64,000 bases of DNA from Spizellomyces punctatus DAOM BR117. Its lineage: Eukaryota. The notes below the pieces were generated by a model, which saw only the letters and a program-made list of their open reading frames with translations, ran no database searches and was not told where the DNA came from. Below, piece after piece: positions 41,678 to 54,433 of this stretch. Numbering within the stretch: the stretch's first letter is position 1; each line of letters begins with the position of its first letter. A program made the position numbers and the translations under genes. The DNA is taken from the NCBI GenBank assembly GCA_000182565.2, contig KQ257467.1. One strand, 5' to 3'.

Positions 41678-42558
41678 AGAGTGTAGCCTGATTCGAACCA
41701 TTTTGATGGCCAGCCCTTCTTTTAAATTTCTTTAACTTAGCTAAATATCAACCCATTTTTCAATGATCTCCATCATCGCTTGTGAATTGGAACATTTTAC
41801 TTACTCGTCAACAGAGGATGCAAATGCTGTGGTTTGTTTGGAGGTGTAGTTGACTTGAAAGGCAAGGTGTCTATACGGGAGTATGAGCAATTGGTGAGGT
41901 GCATCCAAGCTGGGTTCCCATGTTATCATATCCACATGGGGTTTTGGTGCAGACAGCATATCAGAGTCATTAGATGCATTCCCAAGTATTGTAACGGACA
42001 ACGTGAAGGTCAAATCTAATATATATATATATTGCTAATTGTTTAATAACCAAAGCTAGCCGGAGGCAGGTGGAAAGATCGATCCTGGAATCTGGCAATT
42101 GAGCATGGTAGCCGACCGTCTCTGGTTATACTTGGATCAACTTGCAGAATGGCATATTTGCTAGAACGAGTGTTAGGTGACGAAGCAAATGATGCTGACA
42201 AGTGCTGACTGGAAGGGTCCTAGATGTAATAATCTGCAAGCGCCTTTGCATCTCATTATTAGCACTGGTTCAGACTCCTATCTTGTCGATGATGAATGAT
42301 GGCATAATGTCTGCTTGCTTTCAAAGAGCGCTATTTGGAGTGATGCTCGTTTGTAAAATCGGACACTCACGTGCGTGATGTCCGAATGCGCGTCCTTCTT
42401 CGATTTCACAGTTTCGTTCCTTCTGCAATACCACCAAAGCATCAAGCAGGTAAACATCCACATCCTCCAAACAACCCGTCAAAAAGGGAAGACGGCCGGG
42501 AAGAAGACATACCTGGGAGCGCGAGACACGTGCGAACACTGGTGAAGGTCCCCAGACG

Positions 42559-45500
42559 ATGTTCTATGGAGGTTTCGGCGAGCGAAGCTCTAATAAGGAA
42601 AATGGGCGTCCTCCGTCGCGTGGAGGCAGCGGGGGAGATCATCACACTGTGAAGGTGATGGGCGTACGTACAGACGACGTCGACATTCTGAGGAAGGAGC
42701 TCCACAAACTACGTAAGTATGAAATATGGGAATGCCAATCACTACGCGTAGCTGCGAATACACATTCGCTGAACTTGATATCCTTGTCTCTTTATCGACC
42801 GTAGAGAACCGCGTAAACGAGCTGGAGACGCAAAAGAACAAAGCTGAGAATTTGCTTGACAAAAAGGCGAGGGATTGTGACGAACTACAGAAGCAGGTAA
42901 CATCATTGTTAAAAATACGACACATGGACCCCTTCTAAGCGAAAACTGGCACAGAATGCCGAAACGCAAAAGAAGAATGGAATACTTGAGAATGAGAAAG
43001 CCAGGGTCGAACAGGTATCCAACTGGGGCACAGCGCGACTCTCATTCTCCCGTAGCTAACATATTAGACATTGTCACAGCTAAGAAACCAGTTGCAAATT
43101 AAGCACGACAATGCAAACCTTCAGTGGACGGCAGAAAAAAAAGAATTGCTTGCAGGTACGTTATTCCGCTGACCTGATCTGAAAGAATCCAGTACTTAAT
43201 ACATCGGGCATCGTTACATTGCAGCCAAAGATAACCTGAAGCGTGAAAATGGTGAACTTCAGCGTCGAAATGACCAACTCGAAAGGCAAAAGGTAGAACG
43301 AAATGTTGGCTCCAAGTCCTTGGAGGGCGCTCGAAGCCCTGCTCCAGAGTCTCAAGTAAGCTGCTGGCGACAGTAGATCTGTTGACGCGAGGATCAAAAT
43401 TAAATTAGATATCGTAGGTCGCAGGCGGCTCTTCCATTCCACTGCCAGCATCCAGTGGAGGACGATTCTTTCGTGGAAGCCGCTTACCAGCACCGATGTC
43501 ACCCATGGCGACTAGCGCGGGTACTGCCTTCCAGAGCGAAAACATAGCCCTAAAGCGGCAAATCAACAACTTGGAAACAACCAAGATTAACTTAGAAAAC
43601 AAGGTGTTACATTTGGAGAAGCAGCTGAAGGCATCAGAATTCAAGCTGAAGGAAGTAGAGGTGGAGCAAAAGCACATTGTCGATGACTTACAAAGTCAGC
43701 TCGATGAAGAGAAGACAAAATGTGTTAAACTCAAGAGAGAATATGAATCGCAGCTGATAGACGCCCAAAAGACACTGATGAAAGTTCAGAACGAGGTTCG
43801 AGAGAAGGAGGCTGAGGTTACAGGAATAAAAGACCAAAAAGAGGCATTTAAGCAAATGATCGATACTTTGGAGGCCAAATGTCAAGACCTGGAGGCCGAG
43901 AAAGAAAAGCTCGCGGCCGATATCAAACGCATTGTTGTCGAAAAGGATAACATTCATGCAGAGTATACGGCGGAAAAAGGCACCCTCCTCGAGCAAGTCG
44001 CAACCCTTGAAGTTTCCCTCGAAGCTGCCAAAAGCCATGCCGATCAATTCTGTACCCATGCGAGTATTGACTCGGCCGCTGTCGATCAATTGCGAGAAGA
44101 CAACCAGACGCTGCGTCAGCAAATCGAGGAGATGACTGCGTACAAAGCCGAACACGAAGCTGCTGCTAAGCTACAGAAAGAGACTAGTCAATCACTCGAG
44201 GAGATGAGAACTAAGCATGAGCAGATGCTTGTACATATCGAACAGCTTGAAAAGGAGCGGGAAGCTCATAAAGATGAAATTTCTACCTTGCGCGAACGGT
44301 TGGCAGCAAGCGAAACACAGAAAAGTAGTGTGGACGAGGAGCTCCATGCAACGAAACAAATGATTCAGGAGCTTGAGCAACAGCGTGAGCAGCTCTCAAA
44401 AAGTATTCCTGAAATGGAAGATCAGCTCAGAAGTCTGAAGGACGAGTTGGGAGCCAAATGTGGCATTATTATGGACTTGGAACTACTTAACGAAGAGCTT
44501 CGGGGACAAACAGAACGCGCTGAGCAGGTGGCCACGGCGGAGACTGAATTCAGGAAGCAGTTAGAGTTGGCGGTTGCGGAGGCGAAGGATAAGCAGATGC
44601 AGGCTGAAAACCATCTGGCTAGCGTCGAAATCGGCGCAGCCGAGAACGCCGTGCGCTTGGAAATCGAGCAGAGTGAGCGTAAATTGGCAGCCTCCCGCCT
44701 AGCCGATCTACAAGTGAAACTCGACTCCACCGAACAAGAGGTCACATCTCTGCGGGCACAAATCGCTACACTCCAAATTCCTGCAAATGAACCAGAAGCA
44801 TTGGATGCGGACAATTTGAAAACACATCTTGGAAAAGCCCTCAAGGAACGTGATGAAAAGATCATCGAACTTGCACAGTGTCAAGCCAACTTGACGACTA
44901 GGGAAGAGGATTGCGACGAGTTGGCAACCCAAAACGAGCAGTTGCTTGATGTCATAGAGCAGAAGGAGAAGAAAATTGCAGAACTTGAAACTGCAGTGGG
45001 ATCTCTAGTTTCCATCGAAGCTATGGAAAACAAACTTGCTGAGTCAGAGAGCGTAAGGCTGAGTTTGGAACGCAGGATTGAAGGCATAGAGCAGTCTCGA
45101 CTGAATTTGCAGCAGCAACTGGATCGTGCTAGCCTGGAAAGTGAAGCTTTGGCTTTGCAAAATGAAGAACTGGTTTGCCAAGTGAAGGAACTTGAAGGTA
45201 GTCGTGTAGCCATACAAGCGCGTATAACGGAGTTAGAAATGGCTTTGGAGGGAACAGCAAACGAGCAACAAGCTGCCCGACAGCGGGTCAGCGAACTTGA
45301 CGACATGATCGCTATCCTGCAAGAGCAGGGCCAAGCCAAGGAAGAGCTGTACAACGAAGAACTTGCCCGTAACATGCAGCTTCGAGCTAACGTCAATGAA
45401 TTGACGGCGCAAGCAGAAAAGTTACGCAGCGACCTACTAGACAAAGCACAGCGTTGTGAGAAGTTTGAAAGTACACTATTGGAAGGCAGTGAGAAGGATA

Positions 45501-48500
45501 TACGTATGGGAGAAATGGAAGCTCGGATAGCACAACTGACCGATGAGAGAGATCAATCAGCTGAGCAGATGGCGATTTTCGAAAGGGAAGCAGCGGAATT
45601 GAAGGCCAGTCTCGCGGAGAAAGACACGTGTTTGGTTGAAATGGACGCTCGTATGGGACAACTGAACGCTGAAAAAGATTTTGCAGCCGAACAGATGGCC
45701 AACCTCGAAAAGGAAACTATTGAATTGAAGGCTAGTCTCGCGGAGAAAGACACGTGTTTGGTTGAAATGGACGCTCGTATGGGACAACTGAACGCTGAAA
45801 AAGATTTTGCAGCCGAACAGATGGCGAACCTTGAAAAGGAAACTACTGAATTGAAGGCTAGTATCGCGGAGAAAGAAACTTGTCTCAAAGAAATGGACGC
45901 TCGTATGGGACAACTGAACGCCGAAAAAGACCGTGCAGTGGAACAGATGGCGATACTCGAAAAGGAAGTTACTGAATTGAAGGCCAGTCTCGCGGAGAAA
46001 GATGTGCACCTGGAAGAAATGGGCGCTCGTTTCACACAACTCAACGTCGAAAAGATTAGTGCCACGGAACAAATGGCGATTCTCGGGAAGGAAGTTATTG
46101 AATTGAAGGCTGGTTTCGCGGAGAAAGAGACGCGCCAAGAAGAAATGGACAGTCATATCGCAGAACTGAACGCCGAAAAAGACCGTGCAGCAGAACAGAT
46201 GGCGATTCTGGAAAAGGAAGCTACTGAATTGAAGGCTAGTCTCGCGAAGAAAGATGTCCACCTGGAAGAAATGGACGCTCGTATCGCAGAACTGAAAGCC
46301 GAAAAAGACCATGCAGCTGAACAGATAGCAAACCTCGAAAAGGAAGCTACTGAATTGAAGGGGAGTCTTGCGGAGAAAGACGTGTACCTAGAAGAAATGG
46401 AGACTCGTATCGGACAACTCGATGCCGAAAAGGATAGTGCCACGGAGCAAATGGCGATCCTCGAAAGGGAAACTCCACAGCTGAAGGCTGATCTCGCGGA
46501 AAAGGAGGTGCGTTTAGGAGAAATGGAAGCTTTTATTCGGAAACTAAGTGAGGAGAAGGAAGTGGGAGTTGAACAAATGGCAGTCATGGAAAGGGACGCC
46601 ACAGTCATGAAGGCTGATCTCGCGGAGAAGGAGGTGCGTTTTAGGGAGAAATGGAAGGTCTGATTGGAAAACTGAGCGAGAGAGGATACTGCACTGAGCA
46701 GATCGCGATACTCGAAAGGGAAACTACAGCATTGAAGGCTGGTTTCGCGGAGAAGGATGCGCGTTTAGGAGAAATGGAAGATTTTATTCGGACGCTAAGC
46801 CAGGAGAAAGAGCTGGCAGCTGAGCAGATGGCAATGATGGAAAGGGACGCCACGATTTTGAAGGCGGATCTTGCGGAGAAGGAGGTGTGTTTAGGAGAAA
46901 TGGAAGGTCTGATTGGAAAACTGAGCGAGGAGAAGAACGAAAGGGAGCAGACCCTCGAAAAGGAGAGACGACGGGCGGAGACTGCGGAAGCCGAGAACCA
47001 GAGTATAGTTCGCCAACGTGACGATCTGCAGGTCCTTGTGGCTGATCTAGAGGTTGTCTGCGCTGCACTGAGAAATCAAGTCACGAATCTTGAATTTGAG
47101 AAGGATGAGATCAATGCTAACTTGCATTGCGAACATGAAGAATCCATCATTAACCAGCAGAAGTTGCGCGAAGCAGAGGAAATGGAGAAAGCCTTACGAG
47201 CGGCACTAGAGCAAGGGCACAAGGAACTCGGAGCTGCAATACAATTAAAGGAAGCAGCCGAACATGCTCTGCGTCTTGCTCTAGAGGAAAAAGAAGATGG
47301 CCTCGCTGCGGCTCTCAAAGAGAAGACGATCGCAGAAGCAAGTTTGCGTTCGGCGCTGGAGGAGAAAGATCAGGTGCTACGTCATATTGATATCCTTGGC
47401 GGACAATTAAAAGACAAAGTACAGGAGATGGAGGATTTGAGTAATCAGCTTCGCCAGCATGGGCAGAAATCTGTCGAACTACTGGAACGACTGGAGGAGC
47501 TTGAGACACTGAATGCTCGGTTAGAAGAGGATAAAATTGGTCTGTCGGATATCCTCGACCGTCAGATTGTAGACAATGAAACTTTGCAAGAAGAGAACGC
47601 AAGACTACAGACAGAGTTACATCGTATGGATGAAAACGACTCAAAGGAGTTGGATGAGCTACGCGAAAAATGTACTAGAGCAGAAGAGGAGACCGAAGAA
47701 ATGAGGGTAACCATTGATAGACTTCGCTGTCGGCTGAAGGAGGTAGAAGAAAAACTGAAAGATCAGGAAAGACGCCTGCTAGAAGTCCAAGGGGAGAGAC
47801 AGAGCATGGAAAACCAGAATGACATACTTGAATCTGAAATCTTGGAACTACGGGCAAAATGTGACGAGCTTGCAGGCGAGTTGGCCGAGGAAATAGAAGG
47901 TGGACAGGTCACAGCGCAGAAACTCGCGGACACGTTGGCTAAATTAAGTGAGATGGAAGCAAATATGGAAAGCTACCGTCAACGCCTGGAAGCACCAGCG
48001 AGTCCAAAGCAGCCAAGCAAAGATGACCACACCATCGCACCTACACACGTTGAGGTAACCTCACCGGACCTGGCTGAAATCGAAAACTTGTTGGAGATGG
48101 TCCGAACTCTCACCAGCGAACGAGACGAAGCTCTGCAAGCTCATGAAAACTTGGTCAAAGAGCGAGATGAAGCGTTCCAGAAGATGCACACTGCGTTGGC
48201 GGTTACCCACGAGGAAGTGTTCCAAGGCGGATTACAGCTGATTTTGCAGCAGCTTGAGGACGTCCGGCAGCTTGCTGCGAGCAAAGAAAATGACGTGCAG
48301 GAAAAATATGTTTTATTGGATGCCAAGCTTGTGGAACTGGAGAACGCACACCGCGCGCTTGGGGAAGGGGTAATTGTGCAGCAACTTGAGAGATTGATTA
48401 AGGAGAAAGAAGCAGAAATAGAAGATCTTCGAAAGGACGCTGAATCGAAAATCGAGCAAATGGAAACCTCCCACAGTACGGCGTTGTGCACCGTGAATAA

Positions 48501-49881
48501 ACAGCTGGAGGATACAACGTGCAGGATGGAGGAGAAGGAATCAGAAATACAGCGCTTGCAACAGGAGCTGGACTCGTTGAAGGAAGCGACAGAGCAGATG
48601 ATGGCACTTACCCAGAAATTGGAAGACGCCCAGATAGCTATTGCTGAGAAGGAGGCGATGCTGCAAGCGTTACAAGACGAAGTGGACACCTTGAAGAAAC
48701 AAGCTGCGCAGAGGGTAGAACTCGATCAGCGACAGGTGGAACTTGCGGACCAGCTGGAAGGTGCTCGGGCGACGATTGCCACAAAAGAGGCGATGCTACA
48801 AGAGCTGCAAACGGAGCTCGACTGCCTCCAGAAAGAGGTTGCGCAAAAGAACGAACTTGCTGAGCAGCTGGTCAAAGTTAACACCATGGTTGACGAGAAA
48901 CAGTTGAAACTGCAAGAGCTGCAAGAACGTTTGGACAATGCGAGTGCACGATGCGGACGAAGGAGGATGAGCTGGCTGCCATGATCCAGGANNNNNNNNN
49001 NNNNNNNNNNNNNNNNNNNNNNNNNNNNNNNNNNNNNNNNNNNNNNNNNNNNNNNNNNNNNNNNNNNNNNNNNNNNNNNNNNNNNNNNNNNNNNNNNNNN
49101 NNNNNNNNNNNNNNNNNNNNNNNNNNNNNNNNNNNNNNNNNNNNNNNNNNNNNNNNNNNNNNNNNNNNNNNNNNNNNNNNNNNNNNNNNNNNNNNNNNNN
49201 NNNNNNNNNNNNNNNNNNNNNNNNNNNNNNNNNNNNNNNNNNNNNNNNNNNNNNNNNNNNNNNNNNNNNNNNNNNNNNNNNNNNNNNNNNNNNNNNNNNN
49301 NNNNNNNNNNNNNNNNNNNNNNNNNNNNNNNNNNNNNNNNNNNNNNNNNNNNNNNNNNNNNNNNNNNNNNNNNNNNNNNNNNNNNNNNNNNNNNNNNNNN
49401 NNNNNNNNNNNNNNNNNNNNNNNNNNNNNNNNNNNNNNNNNNNNNNNNNNNNNNNNNNNNNNNNNNNNNNNNNNNNNNNNNNNNNNNNNNNNNNNNNNNN
49501 NNNNNNNNNNNNNNNNNNNNNNNNNNNNNNNNNNNNNNNNNNNNNNNNNNNNNNNNNNNNNNNNNNNNNNNNNNNNNNNNNNNNNNNNNNNNNNNNNNNN
49601 NNNNNNNNNNNNNNNNNNNNNNNNNNNNNNNNNNNNNNNNNNNNNNNNNNNNNNNNNNNNNNNNNNNNNNNNNNNNNNNNNNNNNNNNNNNNNNNNNNNN
49701 NNNNNNNNNNNNNNNNNNNNNNNNNNNNNNNNNNNNNNNNNNNNNNNNNNNNNNNNNNNNNNNNNNNNNNNNNNNNNNNNNNNNNNNNNNNNNNNNNNNN
49801 NNNNNNNNNNNNNNNNNNGCACAAGAGAATAATGAGCAAGCGCACAACAGTGAGATATCACTTGTAAAATTATGTAAATAG
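42559..49881 (+). CDS. Very large acidic coiled-coil protein (about 2,300 aa if the gap is coding); start and end uncertain; apparent frameshifts near 46640 and 48950
   Basis: Four short 5' exons splice in frame into ORF 43496-46663, followed by ORF 46651-48984, with continuous heptad-like E/K/L/Q composition. A post-gap frame AQENNEQAHNSEISLVKLCK* ends at 49881. Confidence 0.7.
45490..46935 (+). repeat. Coding tandem array with a 126-bp (42-aa, six-heptad) unit, about 11 copies
   Basis: Unit approximately EQMAILEKEATELKASLAEKDVxLEEMDARIAELNAEKDxAA; gaacagatgg recurs at 45689 and 45815 (spacing 126). Confidence 0.93.
48992..49818. other. Assembly gap (827 N)
   Basis: Run of N. Confidence 1.
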
Positions 49882-50246
49882 TTAATATATATAGTATATT
49901 CCCATCGTCAAACACATTCTTGTCGTTGTGCCATTCATCATCCGACCTTGTGAAATATCGCGGGCTGGTGTGATAACGTAAGAATCATTTAGACCATCTC
50001 GGATGCAATATGCCTTTAAAAGGATAATGATCGCTGTAATAGATCTGCTGTGGAAGATGACTCCACGGGGGGCTTGGTTGGTTCGCCAGCTGCAAATTGA
50101 CAGGGTCGGTTTTGAAATTCGAAAGGCGCTGCCCCCACCGCCCACCACCTGGATGCCCAGTCGGGGGTAGCCAAGTTATCTACTGTTTGCAACAGGGTAC
50201 ACGCCCATGCGGACCTCTGTCGACGAACGTTACTCGCCCTGAATCA

Positions 50247-51836
50247 ATGACGACTTCAACGGCTACAGTGGTGATACCCGACTCTGCTTCGAAGCAACCA
50301 CGACATGATTCTTCAACTTCGAGCCCACCTTCAAACTCGTCACAACCGAATGCAGTTCAGAAATGCAATGGGGTAAACGATACTGACTCACACCCCACCA
50401 AGCGCCAGAGCCGTCGCCGCAAATACCATTATCTAAAGATTTCAATTTCTCCTCCTGTCCGCGGAGCGTTACCTGGATATGACGGTGATCGAAGGGTCGA
50501 ATGGGCCGTTTGTGATGGCTCGTCGTCGCTGGTCGACGCCGCTGAAAAGACAAGAGAAGCTCTCGTGACCCTTCGTACATTTTGGAACGAGCTCGCGCCT
50601 GAGGAACTGAATTTTGAGGAATTCGCGTGGTGCGTATTTGGGGAGGATTTGCATGACAGTGTCAAAAACGGTGATGATTGGGATGGAGAGGATTTGACTC
50701 CTAAAATGGCTGCGCGACTGGCTGGACACAATAGTGCATTGTCGGGGTTTTTAGCGGACGTGAGAGATTGGGATGCTTTTAGACTAATGGTTAGGCGGCG
50801 AGCTGGGAGGATGCCAATGAGCTGGGCGACACGCGGGCGGGCTGTCCAGCAGGGAGGAGCACAACATCGGGATGAAAGTAGTGATTCCGCCGTATCATCA
50901 TCATCTTCCGACAACAATGGATCTGCCGATAGGATGCTTTCAATACGGGAAGAAGCAGTGAAACTGCTTGCGTCTGAGGCATTTATGATGGTATTGGCGG
51001 AAAAAGAGGCCCAATGGGATGCAGAGAGGGCGGAACTGGAGAACGCGCTTGCGAATGCGGAAGGAAAAGTGCAAAGAATCGTGCATTCCATAACGGGAAC
51101 GTTGGGGGAGATGATTATACCACAGTCCTCAGCGCGTCCACGTCAGCGGAGACAGTATTTCCCGGATACAGTTTCTAGTGGCTACGAGGTCTTGGTACCC
51201 CCAAGTCATTATCAACCTTCTACATCGAGTAGACGAAACCGAAAGCCAAAGCGAGAGAGATCATTGCCCAAGAAGGTTAGTTTCGATCAAGATGCTATTC
51301 GACGTGACGAGGGAAAGATTCGACTGCGTGTGGCGTTAGAGGATGTGTGGGGGGATATTGCCGGAGCACGCAGCGCCTCTGAGGATGACGACGAGTCTGA
51401 TTGCGATTCCAACAGTGAGGAAAATGTTTCTGGGAATCTGGGCCATCTTTGGGAGAAGGTTGCTGCGGCATTGGATGAGGATAATGCCGAGATTACTTCC
51501 AAGTCGACGCCACCGGAGAACCCCAGCGTGATGAACGGGAGACGTGCTGGCACTTCTACACAAGGGCTGTACAAGCTGGATAATTCCGCCTTCATTTCTA
51601 CAACGCGTAACAATGTAACGGAAGAGCCTGGCAGTCATGACCTCGATAAGACACGCACCCCATCAACGCTAGCCGATTTTTTGAAACCGATTGCAAAATC
51701 GCGAGCAAGCGCGGATCGAGGTGGAGGACCTGATGCAAAACTGGGCAATACAGACGGACATTTAAAAAATGGGTCTTTCAGCAAGAAGCTTGGAAATCTG
51801 TTGAGACGGAGGTTGTCAAAGGAAACATTGCAATAA
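50247..51836 (+). CDS. Intronless hypothetical protein: possible Ras-association/ubiquitin-like domain, short coiled coil and KKVSF (RVxF) motif
   Basis: About 529-codon ORF from ATG 50247 with protein-like composition; domain guesses come from pattern reading only. Confidence 0.75.
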   Translation: MTTSTATVVIPDSASKQPRHDSSTSSPPSNSSQPNAVQKCNGVNDTDSHPTKRQSRRRKYHYLKISISPPVRGALPGYDGDRRVEWAVCDGSSSLVDAAEKTREALVTLRTFWNELAPEELNFEEFAWCVFGEDLHDSVKNGDDWDGEDLTPKMAARLAGHNSALSGFLADVRDWDAFRLMVRRRAGRMPMSWATRGRAVQQGGAQHRDESSDSAVSSSSSDNNGSADRMLSIREEAVKLLASEAFMMVLAEKEAQWDAERAELENALANAEGKVQRIVHSITGTLGEMIIPQSSARPRQRRQYFPDTVSSGYEVLVPPSHYQPSTSSRRNRKPKRERSLPKKVSFDQDAIRRDEGKIRLRVALEDVWGDIAGARSASEDDDESDCDSNSEENVSGNLGHLWEKVAAALDEDNAEITSKSTPPENPSVMNGRRAGTSTQGLYKLDNSAFISTTRNNVTEEPGSHDLDKTRTPSTLADFLKPIAKSRASADRGGGPDAKLGNTDGHLKNGSFSKKLGNLLRRRLSKETLQ

Positions 51837-52250
51837 TGAATAGTGGATCGATATCTTAATACTTTTTGTTTACAGTAGACTTTGTATATTTGAGAACATC
51901 ATTGGACAATTAATTAGATCTGTCATGGGTGGGTACGCTCACCCGTCACTTGCATAGAAATAAAATATACTGTTTCTTGGAGCCTTTGTTCAGTTTATAT
52001 GCCAGCATCGTTGTGGAAGTGATGTTCCCAACCACAGCAATATGGCACGTGATTCAATAATGTCCTTATTGGGCGAAATGGCTTACGGCATCCACTTGGC
52101 TCAAGTCGGACTTGCTGGTGGCCTTTCTTGCAAATGTGGTTCAAAATATGACACTACCAACAACAATGTCATGTCTTCCGCCGTGGTTTGGACGATAGGG
52201 TGAATATAAATACCTCATTTTAGAATCCATTTAGAGTTGATACGGACGTC

Positions 52251-54433
52251 ATGGGTGCCGCGGCATCTACCAATGGATCAACCGTCTCAACAGGACTGGT
52301 TATAGGACAGCGTTTGTGTATTGGGGGTAAAAAGGATGATAAAGCGGCAATACAAAGTGCAAAAGCTTGGAAAATGGCGTGGATGGAATACGTTCAAGCT
52401 ACAGAAGACAGTGCTGCCTCGACCGTTTTATGGGTGCAGGTACATTTATTGCCGATTTGTTAGGTACCAATCAATCGATCTCAGCTAATGTGAATGCTTT
52501 TGTTATAGTATGAATCACCATCCCAGAGTAGCGCCCTTCGAAAGTCTTTTACCAATATTGCCCATCTCACGTCTGAAGTACCAATTTTTTCACGGACACT
52601 TGTTGCATCTCTCGACGCCCATATCGCATTCCTCATCACCCTGTCCCGATCTGATGCATATGTACGCGAGCAAATGAAGTGTGAGCAAGGTATACGTCTT
52701 CTACATGCAGTGATTATATCGGCGCGCGGAATGTGGCAGAGGCTTTGCAATGTTTTTCGAGAAGCGATGGGTAACTGCCAGGTCGAGGTGGAGCGCATGG
52801 ATGGGATGCTTGGAGAGATAGACGAAGGTGCGGTAAAAGGAAAGATTGTGTCCTTGAAAAAAGGGTTGAAGAGTGTGCAGAAAGCGGCCAATGGATGGGA
52901 GAAGATGTGCAGGGAGCAAGAAAATCATTGTCGACTGCTTCGGGAGTGGTGGAGAAAAGATTGGATGGCAAGTTGACTCAACAAGACAAGGTTGTCCGTC
53001 ATCACCACTACAGTCTCACACTCTGTCCCGTGTAGGCCCATCTCAAATATGACGAAACACCGCCTACTCCTCGTTACTTGCAACTTTTAGACATGTTGCA
53101 TTCGCAGCTGGTCCTGCCCGCAACCACATTGTCTTTACGGACCTTTTCCACCAGCTTTGGCACAGTGTTACAAACGTTACGCCAACTGCTTGATCGGGAA
53201 GAAGGAAGCTTGCTCTATGTAAGGAAGGTAAAGGTGGCCGAAAAGAAGGCAGTAAGCGCAGAAAGGACGGCTAAAGCTCAAAGCCAACGCCAAGCCAAGA
53301 TTGCTCCGGAACCCTCTCTGGTGGAAACAGACGCGCAGGTTCTTCTGAATGTACCTGTACAGAAACAACGGAAGCTGTTGCGCAAAGTTCATCTATTGAA
53401 CGTTGCGCGGCATCGTCTACATGTAAATGCAAAGGATAACGCGGAATTCGCTCGCGAGCGCTTCTGGAAAGTGGAAGCTGAATTTTGGGCGTGTGCGTAC
53501 ACAGTTGCAAGTGCGTTGGAAAGCGTTTACTATGCTACTATGAAGAAAGAGGGGCTGGACCTCCCGGTATCGCAACGTCACGAGCATCTGGCGGACCCTA
53601 TCCCACCTGCAGGGCCTCCTCTTGCTTTGGCGGATCGGCCGAGGCCCGTGGGAACAAAGAGAGCGAGTCGCTGGAAACTGCCTGCGACAGATAATCAGGA
53701 AACTGCAGACGTGGACTCGGTAGTCATATTGAGTCCCATTGAGAGTCGTACGAGTGGATCATCAACATCGGCCGCAGGAATCAAGTGTGAGAGCAAGACT
53801 CTTGCTGCGGAAATTCGTTCAGAAGCCCGACGCGCGTCCGAACAAGCAGTGGACTCGTCTGCACCCGCGAAAGCGTTTGCACCGCAGAGTGATATCCTGA
53901 GCGGACACCAGAAGTTATATCCATGTGTACAGGAGGATCCACTTTTAGCATCCACTTTTCAACCTTTACCGTCACAGAGCACCAATCTGCTGCCAGAGCT
54001 AAAGGTCGCCGCCCCTTCGCCTACTGCTCCACCAGCCGCTCATTTTGACCCAAAATCGAACCTGCACTCTAGGAGCAGTGTAAAGGCGACTAGAGGACCT
54101 CCACCACCACCTCCTTTTGCACCTGGTCATGTACCTGATGCAGCTGAGATGGTCACCATGAGCGCCTTTGCAGAGGCGTGCATGTCACCTCTGGCTGTAA
54201 CGGCTGCACCTCATCCACCACCTATCCCACCGCGACCGGCGCATCAGAGGAGAAGGCTACTGAGGCATGTGGATGACAAGTTGCTTTGGAAACCAGATGA
54301 GCATGCTTTGGAGCAACGACCTTGTCCACCTCCTGTACCCCAAAAAAAGAAACCTAAACGTAAGAACCTGGATGGACTGGACATTCGGCGCACCGGCATT
54401 TCCGCCGGCTGCCATAACGAGATTTGTATATAA
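52251..54433 (+). CDS. Hypothetical helical protein, possibly with Pil1/Lsp1-like BAR segments and a Pro-rich tail; introns 52440-52508 (GT-AG) and 52968-53035 (GC-AG)
   Basis: Three exons join in frame from MGAAAST. TLRQLLDREEGSL resembles the Pil1 segment TLKSIRDIEGSV (recalled). PPPPPP and PPxPPRP motifs occur near the C-terminus. Confidence 0.7.

Noticed and set aside
43015-43068. Donor GTATCC suggesting a U12-type intron
   Set aside because: It continues AA rather than TT, and the branch site is the U2-type GCTAAC.
45490-46935. Regularly spaced repeats as a possible CRISPR array
   Set aside because: Units are contiguous, in frame and coding, with no unique spacers and no cas genes; the context is eukaryotic.
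44422-48689. Many long antisense ORFs opposite the coiled-coil gene (also opposite HYDIN and others)
   Set aside because: Shadow ORFs caused by codon bias and repeats on the coding strand; Ser/Phe-rich with no motifs.
48726-49915. Long poly-X ORFs
   Set aside because: Artefacts of translating the N gap.
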